64,000 bases of DNA, taken from the NCBI RefSeq assembly GCF_009914755.1, contig NC_060943.1; one strand, 5' to 3'. The notes below the pieces were generated by a model. The model ran no database searches and was not told where the DNA came from. It saw only the letters and a program-made list of their open reading frames with translations. The translations under genes were made by a program, and so were the position numbers. Numbering within the stretch: position 1 is the stretch's first letter; each line of letters begins with the position of its first letter. Below are positions 17,411-30,378 of this stretch, one piece after another. This stretch comes from the human T2T-CHM13v2.0 reference genome, Homo sapiens.

Positions 17411-19654
17411 GGGAGCATCTGTGCTTTTGGCCTGGTTGCCCCTGCGCTGGGGGCCGCTGCTCCTTGTGGTTTATGGCTTGTCCTGTGTCGGCTCCTTTGA
17501 TTCCTGTGAATGGGCCTTGAGGGTGGATGTGCTCCTGACTGGCTCGCCTTGGCTCCAATGGTCTGGAGCAGGCCGGTGTCTAGAAAGGCAGCAGCATGGA
17601 CCCTGGCGCTTGCCCTTCACACAGCAGCTCCCCAGTGGCCCAGAGCTAGCAGCAGCGCGCAGCGTGCCCAGCTGTGCTTGTAGCCTTGGCTCTAACCCTT
17701 GGCTTTGCCAGAGAGACTGAGGCACAGAGGAGTTGAGGGATGGGCCCGGGGTCACCCCAGGGGGTGGAAGATCCGGAGCTGGGAGTCCACACTCCTCCAC
17801 TGCCCGCCCCGCACAGAGGGCGCTCCTGGTCAGGCGGCTATGTTCATGGTGCGACCCGTCAATCTGAGGTTGTGCTGTCTTCTGTGAACTGAGGCCTTTT
17901 CCCATCCAGGCCTGGTCCCCGTGACACCATGTCATGATGTCAGAATCCCTGAGAGCTGTGACAGGGCTTTTGGCAGAGGCCAGTCATTCGACAGATGCTT
18001 ATAGGCTGAGCTTCCAGCTTGGCTCCAGGCGTTGCCAAGGAGAACACTGGTCCGCCTGGGAGGGCGGGGCTGGCAGGGAGAGGATGAGGGTGACCACAGT
18101 TAGCACCCAGGATGTGGGCATTCAGGGGCTCCTTCAGCACACAGCAGCGCGTTCCAGTTCACGGACCGCTCCTGTGTTCTGTGGACCCCACACCCTGCAG
18201 GCGTGGGCTGGAGGGGGGGCATCTGACCCTGCTGGGGAGAGGGAGTCCAGGCTATGGAGGGGCGGGCTGGGCTCACTGGCCTGAGGCAGTGGGTGAAGTG
18301 GTCCTGGTTTCCCACCTGGTCTTAGGGGCAGGAAAGTCCCTAGAGGCTCTTCCTGATGCTCTGGAAGAAGAGAAGGGTTCCCCACACATCAGCCGCCACT
18401 GGGCCTGGACTTCTGCCTCTTGAGATTGTGCACGGAGCTGAGTGTGACTGGCGGAGCCCAGAGCCAGGTGGGGTCTGTGGGGAGGCAGGCTCCTCCTGGC
18501 TTGGTCCCCCGGCCCAGCAGGAAGGGAAAGGTCGCCTGCCAACTGCCCCCATTGAGGCTGCTGGCCCCGAATGGCCGGGCTGGCCGCCGGTTTTTGAAGC
18601 CCACTCTGGTGCTGCCAGGAGGTCAGGGCTCTTTGTGGTCAGCCTAGGCCAGAGGAAGCCTCTGCAGATGGACTTTACGCATAAATACCGCACAGGCACC
18701 CGAATGGCACGCAGCAAGCGAGGTTGCCATCCAAAACGGCTTTTGCTTTAACAGGCAGAAGAGGGTGGCTGCGCCGGCCACCGTGGATTGAGCACCTGCC
18801 AGGTGTCGAGCTGCAGGCCCTGGGTGCCAGGCTTGCAGATCCTGGGAGATGTTCATCATGACCTTTGATGGGCAGACTGCACGCTGGACTCCAGGTTGCA
18901 AGGGAAGAAGTGGAGCTCGTCCCACGCCTCCCCCACTAATGAGAACACCCCTTTTGGGTTTGTGGGGTGTGAGGTCTGTAGGAGCCACGACTTCCAGTGT
19001 CGGAGATGCCGTCAGCTGGGTGATGACTCTCCCACCCAGCGGGCCCCTCAGAGGCAGGGTGCAGGAGCCACATTGCTCACCGACCCCTTCATCTGCGTAG
19101 GCCAGTGTTGCCTTGCCCCGTTAACGTCCTCAGTCCACACGCCGCCAGCCAAGGTGCAGGCTGAGCAAGCCTGGAGCTGAGGACAAGCGGACCGCCAGCC
19201 CCGTAGCAAGCCCACGAGAGCCAGCAGCTCCTCCTTTTGGCCTCTGCCCGCGCCCGGCTTCCTGGACTCCGACGTTTACTTGTGTGAGAGTTGGTTCTGC
19301 TGCCTGGGCAGTTGATGGACAGTGTCTGGGAGGTGCCTGCCCAGGGCTCCGCATGTTTCTGATGTGCCGGCTTCTCACTCACGACCTGGTGAGGTTGGCA
19401 GCCAGGAGCTTTCTTATTTTATTGATTAAAACATCCTGAGATTCAGAAGTAGGGACTTTGTGCCAGGGCCCTGGAGGCAGTCCCTGCCACTGAAGAGATG
19501 ACCCTGCTTTCCGGGACTTCCCGGAGGCTTCTGTCTGTAGACCAGGGAGAAGGTGTTCGCCGGTGGCTCCTGAGTGGTAGTAAAAGACACATGGACACAG
19601 GAAGCTTTAGCGTTAGAAGCTGCTCTCAAATATCTCAACAGAAACACACAGTGT

Positions 19655-21060
<1,406 letters not shown>

Positions 21061-21349
21061 TGAGAAAGACAGTACTGATACCAGGTTATCTAACCCCCCC
21101 GGCCCTGTTTCAGGTTTCTCAGCTGAGCGTTTCTAGCCCTTCCCCCTTAATACACAATTTTTGAAATTTAAATGAAGACCGAAACTGGACTGGTCTGACG
21201 AGTTCCTTCTGCCAGTGAGGTGGGGGTGGAGGGGGTACTGGGCTGCTTGGAGGACACCTGCCTGTTACCTGGCTGTTGGGTGGGTGCAGTGCTGACTACA
21301 GGCTGCTGTTTCTTCAAGTGACTTGGATTTGGTTTGGTTTTCAGGGTTT

Positions 21350-21351
<2 letters not shown>

Positions 21352-21394
<43 letters not shown>
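21352..21394. repeat. (TG)n microsatellite followed by a poly-T run
   Basis: About 21 TG units. Confidence 0.95.
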
Positions 21395-21397
<3 letters not shown>

Positions 21398-23503
21398 GTT
21401 TTTTTTTTTTTTTTTGAGAACTGCTTGAACTTTAATTCCAAAGGATTGTGTAAATGAGCATTTTTCCGGTCGGTTCCAGCCAGGCTTGGGGGCCCTTCCT
21501 TCATGGGGTGGGGGCTGCTGCTGGCTCCTGCTGGGTGCCGGGCCCTGCTGGCAGGGATGTGGGCGGGGCTGGCCCTGACTCAGCGCGGGCACAGCCTATG
21601 GAGAGTGAGGCACAGCCTATGGAGAGTGAGGCACGCGGAGGCCTCGCTCCTCCCACGGTCTCTAGGCCTGACCTCAACGCTCCCTGGCCTGATTGCGAAG
21701 GGTGCGTGGGAGACGTAGGATTTTAAGTTAATGAGGCCTCAACCTAAGCCTGTTGCTGTTGCGTGATCAGCATGGTTTTCCCTGAAATTTGCCTTTTCAG
21801 ATCTCGTCTCTAAGGGTCAGGAAGCACAGGGCGGCTGGCACACCCCGCCTCTAATTCTTCCCGCCTCAGCCCTCCCCACCGAAGAACGGGGCTGGGGGGT
21901 TGCTTGTTGACGTTTTGAAGACGGCAGTGGGTGCCTTTCCTGTGGTGGGAACATGCTTTGTTTTTCACACACTAAATTTAAATCAGTCGTTCTTAGGGAA
22001 AAAAGAAGGAACAGGGACAAGCTCCTGGCGGTTGGCTGTGGCAGACACTTCACCAGGGGCTGACTCGCGGGGGCTGAGTGTACAGGCCCCAGGTGGTGGT
22101 TGATGAGAGGTGATGAGTGTGCCAGCCACCTTGCAGGGGTCTTTCCTGGCGAGCTGGCAGGAGCAGGGAGGAGCACGTTGCTCCTGCTGCTGGTGGGGCA
22201 GTAACGTGTTCAACCTGACAGCGACGTTTTTGCTGAAAGCCGAAGCCAAGGGTGGTGTGGTTGGCCGTCAGGGATACAGGGCCCCGCGTGGGAATGGTGC
22301 TTTCAGTGAGGCTGGCAGGATTCTTGCGGCTCAGGTGGGAGCTTTGGCCTGCACGGTGTTTTGCTCTCTGGAGACCAAGGGTGATGATGGTGCTGGCACT
22401 GAGTCACAGCTGAGATTCAGCTCAGGGACTTCATTTCTGAATGCGTGTCCTCTTTCCCAGGGAAAGCAGGCAGGATGGGAGAGTCGCCGATAGAACCACC
22501 TCTTCCCTGCCTCCTGGGCTTGGGGGAAGCTTGAATGACATCTAAGGCCCCGTGCCTGGGTAAGCCTTGTGGTGTCTCAGACATGCCCAGTGGGTGCCAT
22601 GGCTGACTCAAGGTGGCACAGTCCCCATTGGGAGTTGGCACAGTCCCCATTGGGAGTTGGCACAGCCAAGGCCCTGGGGCCACCTGGAGCGGCAGTGAGG
22701 TGGAAAGGTGAGTGGGCCCTTGGGCGTCGCTGCAGGGTCGATGGCGGACGCCTTGGGAGAGCTCCAGCTCTTCTGCCCGGAGGAGACAGCCCCAGGACGG
22801 GGGTGGCGCGGGTCTTTGGTGGGGGCAGGCAGGAAGTGCCAGTGCTGAGACTGAATTTCAGGCCCTTCTCATCTGCCAATAAGAGACAGCCCCAGAATGG
22901 GGGTGGCGCGGGTTTGTCGGGGGTAAGTAAGTGGGGCCAGTGCTGAGACTGGAGCTTCAGGGCCTTCACCTTCATCTGTGGGCCTCTCGTTAGTTCGTGA
23001 GTGCAGGCTCATTGGGAGGCTTCTGTCTGTGTCCCCCCACCCCCGCCCCAGGCTGTAATTCAGAGGCCGTGTGGCATAGGCTTCTAGTTTACTGTGCATC
23101 ATTTCAGATGTAGACTTCTACATTCTTTTTCCTGATTATAAAATACTCGCAAAAGCTGTAGGAAAGCGAGCCTGTGTCCCACTTGGCAGCAGTGCAGGTG
23201 AGCGTGGTGCCGTCACCACTGGCCTGTCCCAGGAACTCATCGCCCGCCACGCATGAGGTCAGCGTGCGGCTCTGTGGCACGGTCCTCTCCCCATGGCAAG
23301 GATTGGGATCATCTTTCATGTCTGCAGACAGCATGGGCGAGGCTGACTCGCCATTGCTGTGAGCTTTGTATGCCGTCACGTGCACAAGGACGTTTGCGTC
23401 AGCTGCTTCTGTGGTTTGAATTAAGACCTCAGCTTGGCTTGGATGGGGGCATTTCTAAGGCGAGCGCTGTCTTGATCCTGAATGTTTTCTCATTGAATCG
23501 CAG

Positions 23504-23544
23504 GAAGCTCTTCGTGGGCGGTCTTGACTGGAGCACGACCCAAG
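23504..23544 (+). CDS. DAZAP1: DAZAP1 exon 2 (RRM1 RNP2)
   Basis: KLFVGGLDWSTTQ; CAG/GTAGGT, 41 nt. Confidence 0.96.
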
Positions 23545-24207
23545 GTAGGTGGGGAAGGGGTGTCAGGTGGGTACTGCAGATGGGCTCTAGGACCTCGGCC
23601 TTCAAGTTGTGTCTGCCCGCCTCTTGCTACTGTCTTGGATATTTTAAAGTCCTTTTGACGTTGTTCTGATTTCTGGGCAGGGGACAGAGTAAGTGTGTAT
23701 TTGCTCTGAGACTGTTAATTTGGTATTTCCATCCCAAGTTACAGGGAAGACCTCAGGCTGCAGGTTCCTAGCTCCGGGCTGAGGTGGCTTGTGGAGGCAG
23801 ACAGCTGTTGTCTGGAAGTGCAGAGGGCTGGGGGCTGGCCAGGCTGTTACTGAGTTCAGAATAGGAGGAAAGAGTGTGTAGCAAAGTCGGCGCTCCTTGG
23901 CCACTGCCAGCATTCAGAGTTGTCTTGTTTGCCTTGCCTTAAACGTTGCCTTCCTGGACGCCTACAAAGTCAGGTTGTAACCGCTGGCCACTGCTGTGCT
24001 CACTGGCAGCCCCTGATTTACGTGAGGACCTCAAGTGTGTGTTGGGCAGAATTCCCCAGCGCTTCCCGTACACCCCCCACCCCCAGTGCAGCATCGCTCG
24101 GTGCGTGGCTGGTGGACTGGAGGAGTGTGCGTGCCGGCAGCACTGCCAGGCACGTGCCTAATGCTCTGGCCCTGTGTGTTTGTGTTTTCTTCCCGATTTC
24201 TGAGCAG

Positions 24208-24374
24208 AGACTCTGCGCAGCTACTTTTCCCAATATGGAGAAGTCGTAGATTGTGTTATCATGAAAGATAAAACCACCAACCAGTCTCGAGGCTTTGGGT
24301 TTGTCAAATTTAAAGACCCAAACTGTGTGGGGACGGTGCTGGCCAGCAGACCGCACACGCTAGATGGCCGAAAC
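24208..24374 (+). CDS. DAZAP1: DAZAP1 exon 3 (RRM1 RNP1)
   Basis: ETLRSYFSQYGEVVDCVIMKDKTTNQSRGFGFVKFKDPNCVGTVLASRPHTLDGRN; 167 nt. Confidence 0.97.
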
Positions 24375-24669
24375 GTAAGTGCCCTTCCGGGAGCTCACAC
24401 CCGCTCTCTGTCTCCCCTGTCCTTCCTCTGCTTCATTTTTTCCTGGACTCTGACCGATGTTTGCGTTAGAGTATGTTTGAACGTGGGGTCGATTGGGAAG
24501 GATTAAGCCTTGGTGCTGAGGCTGGATATTGCAGGAGGATACAGGGTGAATGGAGCCGGCGGGGCGGGGCGGGCCGGGCTGCTGTGCCGTGGCTGCTGTT
24601 GTGCTGACACCCTCTTTCCTAGAGAAACAGCCTCTTATTCACAACCAGCTGATTTGAAATTTCCTGCAG

Positions 24670-24735
24670 ATCGACCCCAAGCCATGCACACCCCGGGGGA
24701 TGCAGCCGGAGAGAACACGGCCGAAGGAAGGATGG
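24670..24735 (+). CDS. DAZAP1: DAZAP1 exon 4
   Basis: IDPKPCTPRGMQPERTRPKEGW; 66 nt, CAG/GTAAGG. Confidence 0.96.
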
Positions 24736-25737
24736 GTAAGGGGCTGGGCCGGGCGGCCTCCTTGTGTGTTCTCCACTCCACGTGGAAAGGAAATGCGTGC
24801 CTTCAATCTGCTGTTGTCGCTCGTTAAGATTGAGGGCGACGCAGGTCTTCTGGGTTGGCACTCGAGCAGCTGAGGATCACCCAGATTTATCAGTGCCGTG
24901 AGTGTTTTACAGCCAAGAAAATTCTTACTAATCTATCTTAGGGAAAAAAAAAATGACAGCTCATGCCACTGATTATCAGGAGCCAGTCAGCTTCCCTCTG
25001 TGCCCTGTGTGCCCTCTGTGCCGGGCCTGCCCCCTCCCACTGCCTGGCCCTCCTCAGAGGTGGGCCATCCTTCCACTGCCGGGGCTGGGCCGGGCTGTGT
25101 CAGCTCGTGCTGGCCACTTTACTGCTCCACTTGAGATCCCCTGACGTGGCAACTTGGGTTCTCTGACCTGCGCCCTGGTGCTTGCCTGGCCGACAGGGCA
25201 CTGTCCTGGCATGGGGTCTCCTTGGCATTTGGGTCTCACCACCACCCACACCTCACCTTCCTCCAGCCCTGCAGTTCTCACACCGGCACCAGGAGCCTGG
25301 TGGGGCGGTGCAGATGGGAAAGCTCTTAGCCCCATAGAACGTGCTGGACAGTGCAGACCTGGAGGCCTGCTGAGGCACCGGGTGCCAGCCTCTCCACAGT
25401 GTGGGCAGCAGGGTGGGGTCTATATGTATTTACATCCATCTCTGTCCACATACACCATTCCTAAGGACCGGAGGGTGCGTCTCCTAAAATGACGGCCACC
25501 CCTCGCATGCACCCACCGTCAGCACGCTGGAAAGCGGCTGCAGGGAATCCCGTGTCATCTGTGTCCAGGCCGTGTTCCCAGCTCCAGAATTGTTTCACAA
25601 GTGTCTCTCATAGCTGGTTTTTTTCAGACTGGAATCCAAGGTTCATATTCCATCTGGTTATTAATGTCTCTCTAGCTTTTCTTAAGATATAATGGGCACG
25701 TAGTAAACTGCACCACTTGATGATTCTGACCCATACA

Positions 25738-26421
25738 AACACTCATGAAACCATCCCGACCGTCACGGCAGCGAGCACTCACCCCACGCACACACTCATG
25801 AAACCATCCCAACCGTCACGGCAGCGAGCACTCACCCCACGCACACACTCGTGAAACCATCCCGACCGTCACGGCAGCGAGCACTCACCCCACGCACACA
25901 CTCATGAAACCATCCCGATCGTCAACGGCAGCGAGCACTCACCCCACGCGCACACTCATGAAACCATCCCTACAGTCACGGCGGCGAGCACTCACCCCAC
26001 GCGCACACTCATGAAACCATCCCTACAGTCACGGCGGCGAGCACTCACCCCACGCGCACACTCATGAAACCATCCCTACAGTCACGGCAGCGAGCACTCA
26101 CCCCACGCGCACACTCATGAAACCATCCCGAACGTCACGGCGGCGAGCACTCACCCCACGCGCACACTCATGAAACCACCCCGAACGTCACGGCGGCGAG
26201 CACTCACCCCACGCGCACACTCATGAAACCACCCCGAACGTCACGGCGGCGAGCACTCACCCCACGCGCACACTCATGAAACCACCCCGAACGTCACGGC
26301 GGCGAGCACTCACCCCACGCGCACACTCATGAAACCACCCCGAACGTCACGGCGGCGAGCACTCACCCCACGCGCACACTCATGAAACCATCCCGACCGT
26401 CACGGCGGCGAGCACTCACCC
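25738..26421. repeat. 53-bp VNTR, 13 copies, DAZAP1 intron 4
   Basis: ACTC(A/G)TGAAACC recurs at 25741, 25794, 25847, 25900, 25954, 26007, 26060, 26113, 26166, 26219, 26272, 26325, 26378. Confidence 0.97.
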
Positions 26422-27151
26422 TCAAAGGTTTATAGTCTTTTATTCAAAGCAGTTGGAACAACTTAAAATGTGATAGCCTTGGATAGGGAAAAAAAAAAAA
26501 AAGGATGGTTGGTGGGTGGGGGCAGGAGGAGAGCAGCCCCAGCCCTAAGGGCAGCCCGGGAGCTGGACCAGAGACTCCTGGCTCTGGCCACCCAGTGAGC
26601 GCCGAGGCCCCGGGAAGTGGTGCCCAGGAGCAGGCGCCCTTGCCAGTGGGAGGCCGGCAGAAGGGGCTGTGTGGTTTGGGCCAGTGTTTCACACAGCTCT
26701 TGAGCTGCTGGAGGTTTCCGTAGCCATCATTGTCACCTGCTGGAGATGTACAGCCTGAAATCCAGCTTCCTCTCTGCTCATTTCGTCGTCGCTGCTGCCT
26801 TTCCCCTGCCGTCCTAAAGTCCCTGCCTTCACACTGGAGCACTTTTCCACGTGGCAGTGGTTGTAATTCGGAATAGCTGAGGCAAGGCACGCACTGTGTC
26901 GTGGGTCCGTTTAGCTGAAATGTAGCTCTGCAGAAATGCTCAATCCCTGTCTCCTTGGGTCTCTCTAGAAAAGTGAGAAAGTGTCTCAGCAGAGCCCAGT
27001 GTCTTTGGACTTAGCGGGCTTGTGGAGTGTTCTGCTCTGGCTTTCAGCTGACTCTTTAAACCAGCGCGGATTGGCCTTTATGTCCTCCGCAGCTCGCGGG
27101 AGGGTTTGGAGGGTTCCCGTGTGAACTAACTATCCTTCCCTTCTTCAACAG

Positions 27152-27262
27152 CAGAAAGGACCCAGGAGCGATAACAGTAAATCAAATAAGATATTTGTCG
27201 GTGGAATTCCTCACAATTGTGGTGAGACAGAGCTCAGGGAATACTTCAAGAAGTTCGGAGTG
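27152..27262 (+). CDS. DAZAP1: DAZAP1 exon 5 (RRM2 RNP2)
   Basis: QKGPRSDNSKSNKIFVGGIPHNCGETELREYFKKFGV; ACTAAC branch point, CAGCAG tandem acceptor, GTGAGT donor. Confidence 0.96.
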
Positions 27263-28351
27263 GTGAGTTTCTCCCCACCCCGGCAGCACTGTGGGGACAG
27301 AGCCGCTTCTGCTCAGGCCTGGGCCTTCTTGGGGCTGGAGTGGCCGAGCCACAGGTGCACGGGCCTTTCAGGCTGGGAGCTCGCTGTCTCGTATTTCCCC
27401 AACGCCTGCGCCCTCCGGAAAGGTGGAAAGCCCGGCCTTTGCCTTCATGGCCATTTCGTGTCCCAGTAGGGTGGTTGGGCGGTGAACCAGCCTGACAGCC
27501 TTCAGGGCGGCCGCCCGATTCCATTGTGAACACCGTGGGGTCCAGTGTCAGAGAAGGGCAGTTACACAGAAACGGGGTTCAGTGTGGCCTGGGCGAGCCA
27601 GCCCCACAGAGCTGACTTTCCACTGGGCAGGTGGGAGAATGCCCGAGCTCCGTTGAGCCCAGTGCCAGAGGGAGCTGGGACAGCCGGAGGGGGCCGGCGG
27701 GGAGCCCTCCTAGTCACCCAAGGCAGGGGCGTGTGGTCACCCCAAGGTCCTGCTGGGACTCCTGCCGTGCCCCGCAGGTCACACTCCGAGCCCCGCCAGC
27801 AGGACAGCCCTGCGTGCCTGAGTACTGCGCACGTTCATCAGGTGGTACCTGAGGGTGCCACGGGCCTGGGCCAGGAATGAGAGGCCTGAGCGGGGCCTGG
27901 AAGAGCAGGGTCTGCAGAGGAGCTGTGTGTGGCTGCCCCGCCACTTCGAGTGAGGGCCGAGCGTGCCCTTTGCTTCCCGCGTTTGGGTGGGAAGGGCTTC
28001 TGTGGGGTCTCCTGGCTCCCACGTCCCCTGCTAGGATGCGTGGTCGGCGTTGTTGGCCCTTCATGTCCGTCAGCACACACGTGAGCGGGGCCACGGGCAG
28101 CCCGGAGGCGGGTATCCAGACGCCTGCCCTGGAGCTGCTTCTCCCTGCCTGCGTCTGGCCCTGGGAGTGTTGGGGCTCCAGCCTTTCTCAGACAGCAGCC
28201 CCACGGAGCAGCTGTTGCCCGTGCACCTCCCCCGCTCAGGGAGGGCGCACCCTGTGCGAGAGTTTGGGTTCGTGGGAACAGGCTGTGCCCTCGGAAGACC
28301 ACCTGTGGTGCTGGCCCTGGTGTCCGTGCTGACGCCACCCTCTCCTTCCAG

Positions 28352-28400
28352 GTCACGGAGGTAGTCATGATCTATGACGCCGAGAAGCAGAGGCCCCGAG
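28352..28400 (+). CDS. DAZAP1: DAZAP1 exon 6
   Basis: VTEVVMIYDAEKQRPR(G); 49 nt, GTAAGG donor. Confidence 0.96.
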
Positions 28401-30307
28401 GTAAGGGCAGATCTAGTTTGACCTCGGCCTTCTCCCTGCTCCTCCCTCAGATGGCAAACTATCTCACCCGCCAGGCACACACAGGTGGCGGCTGTAGCAA
28501 ACAGCCTCAGGAAGGGACGATTTGGAGACAAATGACTAAAACGTGGGCTCCTCATGTGCACCCCATTCAGCCTGTCTGTGCTTCCCGAGGTCAGACGTCA
28601 CACATTGTTTTTTGGCTTGTTCTTTTGAAGTTTTTACGACTTGTCATGAGTCTCGGCCTGGCTTCTGTTTTTCACTGTCCGGAAGAGTGTGGTCCTTCTG
28701 CATTTGACCTTCCTTCACCCTCATCCAGTCCTCCCAGTGTGGCCGGTCTCATTTCGTGTCGTCAGCTGGGTCAGCTGGCTCGGTGTGGAGTTTGGATTTT
28801 CCGTGATCCATCCCATGCTTTTTTTTTCTTTCTTTCTTTTTTCCTTTTCTTTTCTTTTTCTTTTTTTTCAGTTTTCTCCCCTCTCTGAAGTCAGCAGGGC
28901 AGGTGGGAGGAGGGGTGAGGAGTCACCTCAGGGCCTCCCCTCATTTTCCCTCAGCTTCTTGCACACCCATCCATGCTGGTTTGTGGAGCTGGGACGATGG
29001 GCGCCCAGTTTCTGTGCCCCTTTTCCGTGGCTGCTGCTGTCTGTCCCGCCCGCCCGCATGGTTTTGGTTCATCAGCTGCTTTTGGCCGGCCACGTGAGCA
29101 GACCTGCAGCCTGGGTCTGCCCGCCACGTCCGTGCCGCCCCCGCACCACCGGCCCAGGTCAGTCGGGGCAGCCCCGAGCGCCAGGTGGCGCCGCAGCATG
29201 CCCACCATGCTGGAGCATAGTTTGCCATTTGAACCTCCCTCCCCACGGTTAGGAGTGCTCCTCCTCCATGTCGGTTACGCTGTTAAGTCTTAGTCGTAAC
29301 TTAATTTAGACATACATGCTTAGTGACGTACTTAAGTGTTTCATAGTAAAGTACAGTGATGTTAAGTAAGCTGTTTTTCCTTTTCTCTCTGTGAATTGTG
29401 TGTGATTAACGATATCTCTTTAGATTTCTCTTCTCCAGGTGCTAAATTATATCACACAGGTACAGGCCAGTCCCGCAGTCAGAGGAGGGAGCGGCTTTGC
29501 TCCAGTGGGGTGTAAACGAAGTTTCAGGTGTTTCTGTCCCGCTTCCTCAGTGGTGATGTCGCCTCTTGACAGCCGCATTCCTAGACAGCGCTCAGGGCGC
29601 CTCCCCCAGGACCCAGCGCCTCTTGCACTGTGCCCGGACCAGGCGAGCCCTGTGGTTTCAGACACTCCTGCAGTTTGCGAAAATGTCTACTTCTAAATAC
29701 GTTGTTTCATCACCGATGCTGTGTTCCAATACTGCCTCTGATCTTGGGAAACTTGAGCGCGCGGGAATCTGAGGGTTGCTTCTAGATCCTCCCGGTCCCC
29801 CTCCGGCTGCCCAGAGCTGGCGCCCCTTCTCCTCGCGTCCTGTCCTGTCCCGTGTGGACGGGACGTGGCGAGTGTCGCTGAGTCCACACTGGTGTACAGA
29901 GCACTTCGGGGCCAGCACGTGGCCACATGTCCTTAGCTGTTGGGCTTTGAAAGTGTCCCTTGGGTGTCAGGCGAGTGGAGGGCCGGAGAGACGCTGCGGC
30001 GCTGCTTAGCGGGTCCTCCCAGAGAGTGTGTCCCCTTCCCTTGGCCTTTCTGCATCTTCTGAGACGGGTCTGTGTCCCCCTCCCCGCCACCTCCTCCCTC
30101 TTCCTCTCCACTGACTGAAGGTCATGGCCATGTCCCTGTCAGGGACCCCGCCTGTGTCTCGGGCACACAGTGTCTGTGCGGGTCCCTGCTTGGCCCTCCC
30201 ACGTCTACCCTCGGCCCGCCCGCTCCAGCCGCTGCCTCGTTCGCCTCTCAGTCCCCTCAGGTCTTCTCCATCCTGCGCTCCTCTCGCTGTGTGCCTTGCC
30301 TTCCTGG

Positions 30308-30378
30308 TCCCTCCTCCTCTTCCTCCTCCTCTTCCCCCTCCCCCTCCTCCTCCCCCTCCCCCTCCCCCCTCCCCCTCC
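30308..30378. repeat. Pure polypyrimidine (CCT/CCCCCT)n low-complexity tract
   Basis: About 70 nt of only C/T. Confidence 0.9.

Noticed and set aside
21588-22665. Short 21-22-bp two-copy duplications (21588-21633, 22615-22665)
   Set aside because: Ordinary slippage duplications in an intron with no further structure
25738-26421. Regular repeat array resembling CRISPR
   Set aside because: Head-to-tail 53-bp units with no unique spacers, in a eukaryotic intron; it is a VNTR
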